NCBI GenBank assembly: GCA_965197475.1
Contig: CBDANF010000002.1
Coordinates: 384,001 to 448,000, forward strand
Source: Candidatus Poribacteria bacterium
GTDB taxonomy: Bacteria; Poribacteria; WGA-4E; WGA-3G
Length of the DNA: 64,000 nt
Reading direction: 5' to 3'
In this document: positions 19,767 through 29,507 of the stretch, piece after piece
Position numbering within the stretch: position 1 is the stretch's first letter
Layout: each line of letters opens with the position of its first letter
The notes under the pieces: model-generated
What the model saw: only the letters and a program-made list of their open reading frames with translations
What the model was told of the DNA's origin: nothing
Database searches by the model: none
Program-made: the position numbers and the translations under genes

Positions 19767-19896
19767 GAAACAATTTCTCCTTTTCCTATATATTAGAGAC
19801 ATTTTTGTGCGAAAAGGATAGTATTTTGAATATGTGCTACAAGCTGCGCTGTTCGATCGGATGAGAAAAATGAAGGGTTCATAGGAAACCCTGTAA

Positions 19897-19988
19897 TACC
19901 AAATTAACTTGATTCGATATCTTCAGATAAAGTCAGCAGGGCAAGGAGGACCCAGAGACCTTGCACTACAAATCACGTTAATTGGGTA
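19897..19988. mobile_element. MITE with the same termini as the 89-bp family but a different interior
   Basis: TAA|TACCAAATTAACTTGAT...GTTAATTGGGTA|TTA. Confidence 0.65.
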
Positions 19989-20063
19989 TTAGACGTTATA
20001 AACATATCGCTCCTACGGAGCTAAAGAGATCGTTTTACGATACGAGGTACTGCTTTCTCGGCA

Positions 20064-20537
20064 TTAAGTAGGTCTATAAAATGTTACGAGGCAGCCACCA
20101 ACTGCTGCAAGCAAAATGCCAAGAACAAATGGCCAACGGATAGCACCCCAACCACCTTCAGGCGGATGCGAAAGCGTTGCAACAAAAGCGTTCACAATTG
20201 GTGCCCCCGCAAAAACAATAGACATGACGACAGCAGGTCTACCTTCCGCACTGAAAGCGAGTAAAACGCCAAACGCACCGATTGCACCCACAACCCCTGC
20301 AAGGAAAGACCAAGTTACTCCATTTCCAGTAAACGACCATTCAGCACCGTTTGCGATGAGCATTAATATTGAGCCGATAACGGCTACCAAAAGATAGGCG
20401 AGACCGACAAAGAGAAATGCTTTGTAACGCTCATGCACAGCATCTGCCATAGACACTTGACCTTTATGAAGTAAAACTCCGTAGAGTCCCCAGCATGTTA
20501 CAGTCATGATAACAAATATAATCCACGTTTTGACCAT
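20064..20537 (-). CDS. Small DMT/EamA-like membrane protein
   Basis: Five hydrophobic segments; WGLYGVLLH and VMSIVFAGAPIVN. Confidence 0.7.
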   Translation of the reverse strand: MVKTWIIFVIMTVTCWGLYGVLLHKGQVSMADAVHERYKAFLFVGLAYLLVAVIGSILMLIANGAEWSFTGNGVTWSFLAGVVGAIGAFGVLLAFSAEGRPAVVMSIVFAGAPIVNAFVATLSHPPEGGWGAIRWPFVLGILLAAVGGCLVTFYRPT

Positions 20538-20664
20538 AATTTCTCCTCCGTTTTGAAATGCGTGATGTTGTTTCAGATATTCTTTGAAGATTCAGATTGA
20601 ATCGTACGACCTATTGTACATCAGCGCGCTTACAAAGTGAACCAAGTTAATTGGTTATAAGACC

Positions 20665-21954
20665 TTAAAGATATTTTTCGAATACTTTCATTAGTTGCTG
20701 CGCAATGATTTCGTCGTTGAATTTTTGATGGACATTAGTCTTTCCTACTGTACCTAATTGTTTTCGTTTTGAAGGATCTCTGTATAGTTGCAGTATTCCT
20801 TCAGCAATAGCTTCTGCCGATTCCGGTTCCACCAAAATACCACCTCCGGTTGCCTTAACCATTTCTGGAAATGATCCATGCTGCGGTTGAACGACCGGCA
20901 CCCCATTCGCAAGTGCTTCTAAGATAGATAACCCCTTTGATTCACGATAAACTGTGGGAACAGAGAAGACATGCAGACGGTTCAGAAAATCTATCTTTTG
21001 TGAACGCGTTACTTCGCCGTGGTGTACAAAGCTATCCTGTAAACCCCAAGCATGAATTTGATTAACCAACTCCTCAAAATACGGTTCATCTTTTTTTCCA
21101 AGATACCCTGCGACATGAAGTTCTACGTTATTTGTCCCTAACTCTTTTGTCAGTGTGTAGAATGCGCTAACCAAAATATGCAATCCTTTTTCGGGACAGA
21201 TGCGCGCCAAATAACCGATGATCAAAGGAGGATGACCTGGTTTTTCAATCAAATTTCCGTGCCCATCCAAGTTCAAACCGAGTGGTACAACATCAATCTT
21301 ATCAACGGAAACTTTTAGATATTCCGCTGCCATAAATTGTGCATAGTAGTTGCAGGGTGCGACAAACCCATCTGCGTCCGCAGCGCGTTCTGCCAGTAGG
21401 GTTAAAGCTTCAGTTTTGTAGGGATCGATCAAATCTCGTAGAAAGATGTCTTCACCTTGGAGTGCACAGACCACTGGCACCCCCACTGCGTTCTTAATTT
21501 CTCTTGCCATGCCGACAAGCATGGAATTAGTCAAATAGACGATATCTGGCTTGTTGTCTACCTGGAGCCATTTGACTAATTTCTCCAACTCTTTCTTTTG
21601 GTACCCATACTCACCACTAAGCATAGACACTGTTAACATACCTAAATCTCGCGCGTCAGTTGAAGCACTAAAGCGCGATAAACTGTTTAACAGTGCTGGA
21701 TTATCCAATATCCTATCTAATGCCCACGGGGTATGCCGAAAGAGCGATAGTTTTTGTTGGAGAAATACGTTAATGCCTCCATAAAAAACACGATTCAAGC
21801 TCACATTTTCTTCATCGGTTCGGGTCGGAGTATATGTTGGAATCAATGCGACGTTATGCCCTTGTTTCTTTAGCATCGTCGCGACAGTATTGTCGTGGAT
21901 GCAGGTGCCACAATACATTCCTGCAGCCCCCGCAGTGATATAAGCGACTTTCAT
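20665..21954 (-). CDS. GT4 family glycosyltransferase
   Basis: GYLARICPEKGL, ESKGLSILEALANGVPVV; N-terminal AGMYCGTCIHD. Confidence 0.88.
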   Translation of the reverse strand: MKVAYITAGAAGMYCGTCIHDNTVATMLKKQGHNVALIPTYTPTRTDEENVSLNRVFYGGINVFLQQKLSLFRHTPWALDRILDNPALLNSLSRFSASTDARDLGMLTVSMLSGEYGYQKKELEKLVKWLQVDNKPDIVYLTNSMLVGMAREIKNAVGVPVVCALQGEDIFLRDLIDPYKTEALTLLAERAADADGFVAPCNYYAQFMAAEYLKVSVDKIDVVPLGLNLDGHGNLIEKPGHPPLIIGYLARICPEKGLHILVSAFYTLTKELGTNNVELHVAGYLGKKDEPYFEELVNQIHAWGLQDSFVHHGEVTRSQKIDFLNRLHVFSVPTVYRESKGLSILEALANGVPVVQPQHGSFPEMVKATGGGILVEPESAEAIAEGILQLYRDPSKRKQLGTVGKTNVHQKFNDEIIAQQLMKVFEKYL

Positions 21955-22010
21955 ATTTTAACTTTTCGCCAAGATTAATAAATATAAACTTGCAAATCTC
22001 CCCTAAGTTA

Positions 22011-23471
22011 TTAATTGGTGAAAAACTTTTCAATAATATCTGAAGATGGCGGTTTTGTGAACAGTGAAACGATTATCAAAGTCACAGAAGAAACAACAAT
22101 CAGAACAGCAACAGGCATAATTCCGGTTCCGCCAACGGTATACCCTGGTGTCTGCCAGTTCTGTAAAAAGAAATATAACCATAGGACAATAGTGCTGATG
22201 ATTGCGGCGAAAACACCAAGCTTTGTGCTACGTTTCCAGAACAGTGCAGCTACCACTATCGGAAAGAGTCCTGAAAAACCTGTGAAAGACCAAATTGCAA
22301 GCTTAAAAATACTGGATGTTGCAATCAGGGATATGATATAAGTTATGCTGAGAATGCCAATCACAAATAATCGTCCTATCCATACTTGTTGTTTTTCAGA
22401 CATCTGTTCTTGTCCTCGTTTTTTTAGGTAAGGTTGAACAATATCGTGCGTGAACATGCTGCCAAGAGAGAGCGATTGTGAATCAAGTGACGACATGATT
22501 GCAGCGAACACACCTGCCCCCAAAAATCCAGCTAACACACCTGGCGCGTGTGTATGAATCATCTGAATTAGCACTGTATTAGCTCCAGGACCCTTTAGAT
22601 CGGGAAAATTCACGTTACCTAATATTCCAAGCAGAACACTTGGAATCCACACAATTGCAATACAGAGAGGATAGAAAATTATCGGATAGCGGAACGTGCC
22701 AACATCTTTCGCAGTTAGGCAGTGTGAGAAGATATGCGGAAACATACCAACAGAGAGCGGAATGCAGGTGTATGTCAACAGCTCTAACGGCTTAATATGA
22801 TTACCCTGCATCAACAAACCTGTGTCAACTTTTGAAAGAGCATTGGAAAATCCACCCATCCGGTTCAAGATCACAAAAAAGGTGACACCACCAAGTGTCA
22901 TGAAAACGAGCGTTTGAAACGTGTTAACCCATGCGGTTCCGCGCATCCCGCTATAGGTCACATAGCATAAAACAACAGCACAAACCAGCAGTCCACCTAA
23001 CCACCGTGGAATTGTGTTCCCTGTTATTGTCGCCAACGTTCCACCGCCTCCCATTACGCCAATGAGTAGATACGGTATAAGTAGCAGCACAAGGACAATG
23101 AAAAGAAGTAGCCCCAAGCCATTCGATTCCCATCGGTCTCGGAAATATTGGCCCTGTGTCATATATCCGAATCTTTTTCCGAGTTGCCATAGCCGGGTGC
23201 CGATAAACAGAAGAACGCAAGGTACGACGATTGCGGAGGAAGATGCCATCAGTGCGAAAACACCGATGCCTCTGTGGTATGCTTCTCCGGAGGCACCAAG
23301 GATAGAAAACGCTGTCATGTTTGTGCCGAAAAGCGACATCAATAGCACAAACCAATTAATGGTACGGCTTGCCACAAAATAGTCTTCCCCAGTATTTCGG
23401 AAGAACTTATGACTCAAGATACCTATGCTTAGCACCAAAGCCATATAGATGAAAATGACTGTCAGGATCAT
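22011..23471 (-). CDS. Sodium:solute symporter
   Basis: EDYFVASR, TNMTAFSILG, GMRGTAW, AAIMSSLDS. Confidence 0.92.
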   Translation of the reverse strand: MILTVIFIYMALVLSIGILSHKFFRNTGEDYFVASRTINWFVLLMSLFGTNMTAFSILGASGEAYHRGIGVFALMASSSAIVVPCVLLFIGTRLWQLGKRFGYMTQGQYFRDRWESNGLGLLLFIVLVLLLIPYLLIGVMGGGGTLATITGNTIPRWLGGLLVCAVVLCYVTYSGMRGTAWVNTFQTLVFMTLGGVTFFVILNRMGGFSNALSKVDTGLLMQGNHIKPLELLTYTCIPLSVGMFPHIFSHCLTAKDVGTFRYPIIFYPLCIAIVWIPSVLLGILGNVNFPDLKGPGANTVLIQMIHTHAPGVLAGFLGAGVFAAIMSSLDSQSLSLGSMFTHDIVQPYLKKRGQEQMSEKQQVWIGRLFVIGILSITYIISLIATSSIFKLAIWSFTGFSGLFPIVVAALFWKRSTKLGVFAAIISTIVLWLYFFLQNWQTPGYTVGGTGIMPVAVLIVVSSVTLIIVSLFTKPPSSDIIEKFFTN

Positions 23472-23662
23472 TTCTCTCTCCATACAAATTTGACTAAGGA
23501 GAACATAAGCAGAGATGCAGCAAGGCAAAATGCTATGTGATAGAGTAATCCTGCGGGCAAACCTAATACAAGTTGCGGTGTTTCCCAGAACCAGAAATCG
23601 TTGTGAAGAATGAACAGTACCACCAGCAAACTATATAGAACCCACCTAAGCGTAGTTTTCAT
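23468..23662 (-). CDS. DUF3311 small membrane partner of the SSS transporter
   Basis: LHNDFWFW...LVLGLPAGLLYH; ATGA overlap with the symporter. Confidence 0.8.
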   Translation of the reverse strand: MKTTLRWVLYSLLVVLFILHNDFWFWETPQLVLGLPAGLLYHIAFCLAASLLMFSLVKFVWREK

Positions 23663-25616
23663 GACTTATCCCTCTCTTTCGCCAATTATAGTAGAAAAGC
23701 GCGATACTTGCAAGCAGCATTATTCCATGTATCCAGATAAAGTTAACGTCAGTGGGTGTAAAAAAGAGTACCACTACCGCAATGAACATTGCACACCGTT
23801 CCCACAAATAGAGTCTCTTGAAGGCGTATCCTGCAATGCTTGCTGCAAAGATAACGGTACCAGCTAAAGTCAATGAGAGGTTAACGAGAACAACCCATAT
23901 TTTCGGGTTACCCCCCTCTGCGCTGAGCCAGAGAAGTTCCGGCCGTAGCACAAAGGCGTAAGGCAACAGAAAGCCAACGAGTGCAAACCGAAACGCAGCG
24001 ATCGCAGTTTGCATTATGCCTGCATTTGCAATTGCGGCAGCAGTATAAGCTGCAAGTGCCACAGGCGGTGTGACCATTGACATCATTCCAAAATAGAAGA
24101 TAAAAAAGTGCGCTGCAAGCGGCACTACTCCTAAATCAAGAAGGACAGGTCCGACCAAAATTGCCATCAACAAATAGCAGATGGAGGACGGAAGCCCCAT
24201 CCCCAATATAATCGTGGAAATCATGAGCATGAAAAGAGCTAAGATTAAATTAGTTTCGGCAAGAGGTAACAGGACCCGCGGTAATTTTGAACCGACACCT
24301 ATTAGGTCTACGACTCCCAAGACGATTCCGACACAAGCTGCCGCAGCTATCAGCGACACCCCGCTATGTGCGGCGTTTTCCATCGCTTTTAAAATTCCAG
24401 AAATTCCAACGCGTGTTTGCGAGTGAAATAAACTTACAACCAACACAACTAACAAACTCCAGCTCACTGCGCGAAATGGGGTAGAACCCGTCAATAGAAA
24501 CACTATCAATGTAAGAAATGCTGCAAAGAAAACTACGCCCTGCATCTTCGGAAGCTTTTCTACAGGCGGGTTTTCCTGAGCATCATTTTCTTCAGTTGTT
24601 CCAACTGCTTCGGGATCATGTGAGATTGTGTTGCTGATTCGCTTCGCATAAAAATGAACGATGCAAAGAAGTGCTGTATAGTAGAGAATGGCAGGCAGTA
24701 ATGCTGCTCTGATGATTTCCAGATAGGTGACAGATGGCTCAACGATTTCTAACATCATGTAAGCCGCCGCACCCATAATCGGTGGGACTAATGCTCCGCC
24801 TGAACTTGCTGCGGCTTCAATCCCTCCCGCGATTGCTGGTTTAAAACCTACACTCCGCATCAACGGAATCGTGAACGTTCCAGTTGTCGCAGTGTTCGCA
24901 ACTGCTGATCCTGACAGAGAACCCATCAGGCCGCTTCCAATCACTGCTACCTTCGCTGGACTTCCTGTACTTGTTCCGAAAATTCGTCTTGCCAAATTCA
25001 AAATGTAACCGGTAGCCCCTGTCCGCTCCAGAAAAGTTCCAAACAGGACAAAGAGAAATACATAGGTAAACATCACTCGGAGTGCGACACCAAATACTCC
25101 TGCTTGTAAAAAGGTTTGACTGATAATGCGTTTGATGGAATAGCCGCGATGTTGAAAAAACCATTCGGGCATTAACTGACCGAAACTTGCATAGAGAAGG
25201 AATACGGCAGCGAGAAGTGCAAGGGTTATACCAATAGCACGGCGTGTTGCCTCAAGAATTAAAACAAGCCCCAACCCGCCGATGAAGTAGTCCAAGATGT
25301 GTTCTGCTGAAGCACGTTCACCGAGAAATACGCCGTTCAACCAAAAGGTTTTAAAAATCGGTTCGGTTTGAATTACAACGTAGCCGAAACAGATAATTAC
25401 ACTGCCTACAAGCACAAAATCGAGAATCTGAAAGAATGTGTTATCTGCAAAGTGGGGATGAAGCGGATACTTCAGAAATACGACTATTAACCCCAACATC
25501 GCGAAGAGTGCTAATGCAGATTGGGGTTTTAACCACGGATAGTTGACTTCGGCTAAGATAAACAGGCTCAGCACTACCGCAACCGGAAGAATAAGGGTCT
25601 GTTGTATCTGTTTCAA
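23646..25616 (-). CDS. TRAP transporter fused 4TM/12TM permease
   Basis: LEATRR, GSLSGSAVANTATTGTFTIP, PPIMGAAA, VTPPVALAAY. Confidence 0.93.
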   Translation of the reverse strand: MKQIQQTLILPVAVVLSLFILAEVNYPWLKPQSALALFAMLGLIVVFLKYPLHPHFADNTFFQILDFVLVGSVIICFGYVVIQTEPIFKTFWLNGVFLGERASAEHILDYFIGGLGLVLILEATRRAIGITLALLAAVFLLYASFGQLMPEWFFQHRGYSIKRIISQTFLQAGVFGVALRVMFTYVFLFVLFGTFLERTGATGYILNLARRIFGTSTGSPAKVAVIGSGLMGSLSGSAVANTATTGTFTIPLMRSVGFKPAIAGGIEAAASSGGALVPPIMGAAAYMMLEIVEPSVTYLEIIRAALLPAILYYTALLCIVHFYAKRISNTISHDPEAVGTTEENDAQENPPVEKLPKMQGVVFFAAFLTLIVFLLTGSTPFRAVSWSLLVVLVVSLFHSQTRVGISGILKAMENAAHSGVSLIAAAACVGIVLGVVDLIGVGSKLPRVLLPLAETNLILALFMLMISTIILGMGLPSSICYLLMAILVGPVLLDLGVVPLAAHFFIFYFGMMSMVTPPVALAAYTAAAIANAGIMQTAIAAFRFALVGFLLPYAFVLRPELLWLSAEGGNPKIWVVLVNLSLTLAGTVIFAASIAGYAFKRLYLWERCAMFIAVVVLFFTPTDVNFIWIHGIMLLASIALFYYNWRKRGISHENYA

Positions 25617-25722
25617 AAGATTAAGCGAACCTGTCCTTTCGTTAAGCTGCGGTTAGGTTAAACCAAAACGCGCGTAGGGATGCCCTCTTGCGTCATCACG
25701 TTTTATTTCCTACACTTGTGTT

Positions 25723-25813
25723 TATCCCGAATTACCCATAATTATTTTATTCTTCTGGGTATTAGGCACGCTTAGAAAGCGCGCCTACCGAGTGAAATCA
25801 AGTTAATTTGGTA
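25723..25813. repeat. Degenerate copy of the 89-bp MITE
   Basis: ...CTTAGAAAGCGCGCCTACCGAGTGAAATCAAGTTAATTTGGTA matches the right half of 10873-10961. Confidence 0.7.
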
Positions 25814-25905
25814 ATAATTTACGCAATGAGTAGTTTTGGACTTGATAAATTTGAGAAAAATTTTTCACTTGACAAAATCCTGCCAGTATAGTATCCTATT
25901 AACAT

Positions 25906-25984
25906 CACGAATTTTGGTAGAGAATGTTAGCCGCGTCGCAAGGCGCGGTCTCTACCTCAACCGCCTAACATCGGAAAATTCGTG
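25906..25984 (+). ncRNA. Candidate structured RNA (C4-antisense-like three-way junction)
   Basis: CACGAATTTT/AAAATTCGTG outer stem, ATGTTAG/CTAACAT stem, GCGTC-GCAA-GGCGC hairpin; TTGACA-17-TATCCT promoter directly upstream. Confidence 0.45.
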
Positions 25985-26067
25985 TGTGTGAATTCGTGAA
26001 TCAATGCAACACATTTCATATATTTTATGGACTCACACAATGGAGTCTTTGCATCTAAAACCCCATT

Positions 26068-26560
26068 GTGCTGTGTCCTATGCCAAAGGAGTTTAGGATG
26101 CACAAAAAAGTTGGACCTGGTGGCGTTATTCTTAATCCTGTAAGCACACCACCGTGGGAATCACCAATAGATGAGGTTATAATACCTCCAGCATTGTCAC
26201 GTCCAGATGAATTTAAAACCAACTGGAAACAATTGTCGTTTTCATTCAAAGGTAGAATAAACCGAAAAGACTTTTGGATATATTTCTTAGGTACTGGTTT
26301 ATTATACATAACTTTTTGGGGCATTTTTGATATATACAGTAGGTGAAATTGCGTATTACGCTTTTATGATACCAATTAGTATCGTGAAATTCTTCTGGTG
26401 TGATAACGCTGTTATCGTGAAACGATGCCATGATTTTGGTAGATCTGCTTGGTATCTTATCCTATTTTACATACCTCCGATTGGTATAGTCATTTGGTTT
26501 ATGCTTGCTTTCAGTAAAGGTGATCCCGAACCAAACAAGTATGGCAACCCACCTAAATAA
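26068..26560 (+). pseudogene. DUF805 family membrane protein, frameshifted at about 26330
   Basis: FSFKGRINRKDFW in one frame; VKRCHDFGRSAW...KGDPEPNKYG in the next. Confidence 0.8.
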
Positions 26561-26609
26561 CCCAACAACGAGGGGACTCTGTCCCCTCTAACCACAAAGG
26601 AGAAATCCG

Positions 26610-26861
26610 ATGAATAATTTAGTCCAAGAACAACAAGGACAACTTCAACGAAAAGAAGATATTCAGAAAGGAGTAGCAGAACTTTTAATTACTCCACTTC
26701 TGGATGACCTTGAAAAAGCATATAACGATTTTAAAAGTAAAGATTTAAAATCTATCCATCAACTAACACAGGCTTTGAGTATATTTGTGAAAAAGACAAA
26801 TGAAATTAATTCACAAGTTAGTTATGTGAATAGTGTTCTTAATTATCTTTCACAGAATTAA
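26610..26861 (+). CDS. Small hypothetical IS cargo protein
   Basis: 83-aa ORF with an AAGGAG SD. Confidence 0.55.
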   Translation: MNNLVQEQQGQLQRKEDIQKGVAELLITPLLDDLEKAYNDFKSKDLKSIHQLTQALSIFVKKTNEINSQVSYVNSVLNYLSQN

Positions 26862-27024
26862 CCTTTTGACACATTTCATCAATAAGATGAAGACCTTTGT
26901 TAAGTCTTTTTGTGTCACCGATATTCGTTCTTTTTACTAAATCAGTCATAGGACCGCGTAGGAATTGGATATGTTGTTCTTTACTGCGTGGTCCTTCTTT
27001 TCTTACTTCAATTTGTTCACTCAT
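26839..27024 (-). CDS. Small hypothetical protein coupled to the transposase stop
   Basis: ATGA overlap with the transposase end at 27021-27024. Confidence 0.45.
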   Translation of the reverse strand: MSEQIEVRKEGPRSKEQHIQFLRGPMTDLVKRTNIGDTKRLNKGLHLIDEMCQKVNSVKDN

Positions 27025-27901
27025 CTCATACTTTCATTGACAAACTTATCAAAGATGCTGTCAACGCTCCTATAGTTATACTTATAGCACGCTTCCGCCA
27101 CATATAGCGGTGTGTATCCTGTCTGATAGTGGTGATGACTTCCATACCAAGCGCGTTTGAGAAGCGACCAGAAGCCCTCAATCGTGTTCGTATGGACATC
27201 ACCCTCAGCAAACTGCACCTTGTGGTTGATAACAGCGTGCTTCATTTCTTTCCCAATAGCGTTGTAAGCCTGATATTCATCGGTTATTAGTTCCGATTTT
27301 TTAGGTTTACAGCACTCCGAATAAACTCAAGGATAGTGCGTCCTGTGAGGTTGTGTGCCACTTGTGCGACAACCCTACCTCCACGCTGCACTGCTCCTAT
27401 TATAGCAGTTTTTTCAGTGCCTCTGCCACGTTTATGTGGTTCATCATCTTCACGTTTGTTCTTTTTACGAGGTTTACCGCCAATATAGGTCTCATCTGCT
27501 TCAATGATACCTTGTAGTAAAGCCCCGCCTTTCTTCGCCATTTCAGCACGGATACGAGTCATTATAAACCATGCTGTCTTTTGATTCAAGTCTAAATCGC
27601 GCGCAAGTTGATGACTTGACAAACTTTTCTTCGCATTCGTTATCAACGAAATAGCTAAAAACCACTTCTGTAACACTACCTTTGTCCCGTGAAACACCGA
27701 CCTGCACGTCACCTTGAAACTCACTTGGCACTCGTGGCAGTTCCAACGACCGATACGACCGATCTTTGTCTCCTCACGCCTGCCCACATGACCGCTTTCA
27801 CAATGCGGACACACAGGTTTACCTCGCCAACGAATCTTCTCTAAATGCGAAATACAACTCTCTTGATCCGGGAAACGTTCCATCACCTTCAACAAATCCA
27901 T
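27021..27901 (-). pseudogene. IS1595-family transposase, frameshift at about 27300
   Basis: Zn ribbon CPHC..CHEC, SSHQLARDL, IEADETYIGG, (L)ITDEY, HTNTIEGFWSLLKR; one extra A in an A6 run restores the frame. Confidence 0.92.
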
Positions 27902-28004
27902 CAGATAACTCCTTGAAATAGGAGTTGCTTTTTCTGACGGACTTCTGATACAATATCAGATAAGATTAAACCTTCAGAAAGCAACTCTGCTTTTTGGGTT
28001 AATT

Positions 28005-28028
28005 GGGAGGCTACAACCTCCCTTTTTT
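28005..28028 (+). terminator. Intrinsic terminator of a putative antisense RNA
   Basis: GGGAGG-CTACAA-CCTCCC-TTTTTT. Confidence 0.7.
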
Positions 28029-28695
28029 CTTATCTATATTATACCATATAAACCCAGTGGACACAAGGCTTTATAGCGATTTTTAAAATTTTTTATCAAG
28101 TCCAAAACTACTCATTGCGAAAAGTATAGTGAAAAGACAAACGACTGTCAAGAATAATCAGAAGCACCGCTATGCCAAAATGGGTGTCAAGTTTTTGGAA
28201 AAGTCTGTCTACCCTCATTGTAGGAAATTGCCAGAATTATCTCAGGGCTATTTAGTTTTCGATTTTTCTTGTAGTATTTATCACAAATGTTATTTTTTAT
28301 ACGATATGCAGATGTAGCACGACACGTAGCAGGTTTATAAGGTTTTGGCGAAAATTCGCACACCTCTTTATATGGCAAGATCAACGCTTCATTACCCGTC
28401 CTACAGTAGAAGAACACAACGCACACTTCTTAAATTGAGACCTAAATGACATAATTTCACACATAAGTCATTTGGCCATTTAAGACAAATCTGTTCAGTT
28501 TTCGGAAAATACCTTGATAGATGTGCTGGTTTATCCCATGTATGGCGTGAAAAGTTGGGCTATACATAGGTTGACACAGCACTGTAAGTAACCAATTTCA
28601 CAAAACAAACGTTAATAGTAGTAGATAAGCAGGATTCCAGCGTTTTTGAACATGGAAAGCTGGAAGTTAACGGTTTTAGAAAATTCAAGCGGACC

Positions 28696-28724
28696 TTGAC
28701 AATGCTTGAAATATGTAGTATCAT
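28696..28724 (+). promoter_or_regulatory. Sigma70-type promoter upstream of hup
   Basis: TTGACA-17 nt-TATCAT. Confidence 0.55.
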
Positions 28725-28915
28725 TATAATCAGAACTATATTACGTTAAGTTTTTATTGACACATTTATATGTGTTTAGTTTAACTGAATGTTGAATAGT
28801 TCTATCAAATTATTTGTCAGTCCGATGTGAAAACTCTCATTTTGTGATTCCAAATCCAGCATGTGAGTTTTGCGTGGCTGAATCAACATTAATTATTTAA
28901 AAGGAAGTTTGAATC

Positions 28916-29200
28916 ATGGCGAAGAAATTAATGAAGGACGACATCATCAATAGCGTCGTAAAAGAAACAGGCCTCACCAAAAAAGATGCGGGTGCTGCCG
29001 TTGAAGCATTTACGAAAACTGTTGAAAGTGCTTTGAAGAAAGGCAATTCAATTGGACTCATCGGCTTTGGAACGTTTGAAGTCAGAACCCGTGCCGCCCG
29101 GGAAGGTCGGAATCCGCAAACCGGCGCACCGCTCAAGATTCCTAAGAAAAAGGTTCCCGCATTCAAAGCTGGTAAAAAACTTAAAGACGCTGTCTCCTAA
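28916..29200 (+). CDS. hup: DNA-binding protein HU
   Basis: [23 protein letters not shown]...[14 protein letters not shown]. Confidence 0.97.
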   Translation: MAKKLMKDDIINSVVKETGLTKKDAGAAVEAFTKTVESALKKGNSIGLIGFGTFEVRTRAAREGRNPQTGAPLKIPKKKVPAFKAGKKLKDAVS

Positions 29201-29507
29201 GCGCAATCACTCGACTAACATTAGAAAAAGTCGTGAGATACGCCTCGTTTCTGAGGATGTATTTTTATGACTTTTTCTTTTTTTATAGAACAAAATTTGC
29301 CTTCCAACAATTCTCCAATTTCTGCTCATCCGTGATAAGACTTGTCCTATATTTACAGTCTTCAAATTCTCCAGAAAATTAATTGGAAAATCCTTTAACA
29401 CTATGTTATTATAGAGGATATGTGACTCTATTTTTCTGTAACTGACTACTCAGTAATATCTTAGAGCCAAGGCAGGTTGATGGTTAAGAGTCAATTTCGG
29501 GAGAACT

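Larger units (their letters stand above)
25822..28119 (-). mobile_element. IS1595-family element with passenger genes
   Basis: Perfect 28-bp TIRs CGCAATGAGTAGTTTTGGACTTGATAAA at 25822-25849 and 28092-28119; no TSD visible. Confidence 0.92.

Noticed and set aside
28120-28915. Long region upstream of hup as hidden ORFs or an ncRNA
   Set aside because: Only short ORFs without SD or motifs; AT-rich with promoter-like hexamers; no convincing structure found by eye
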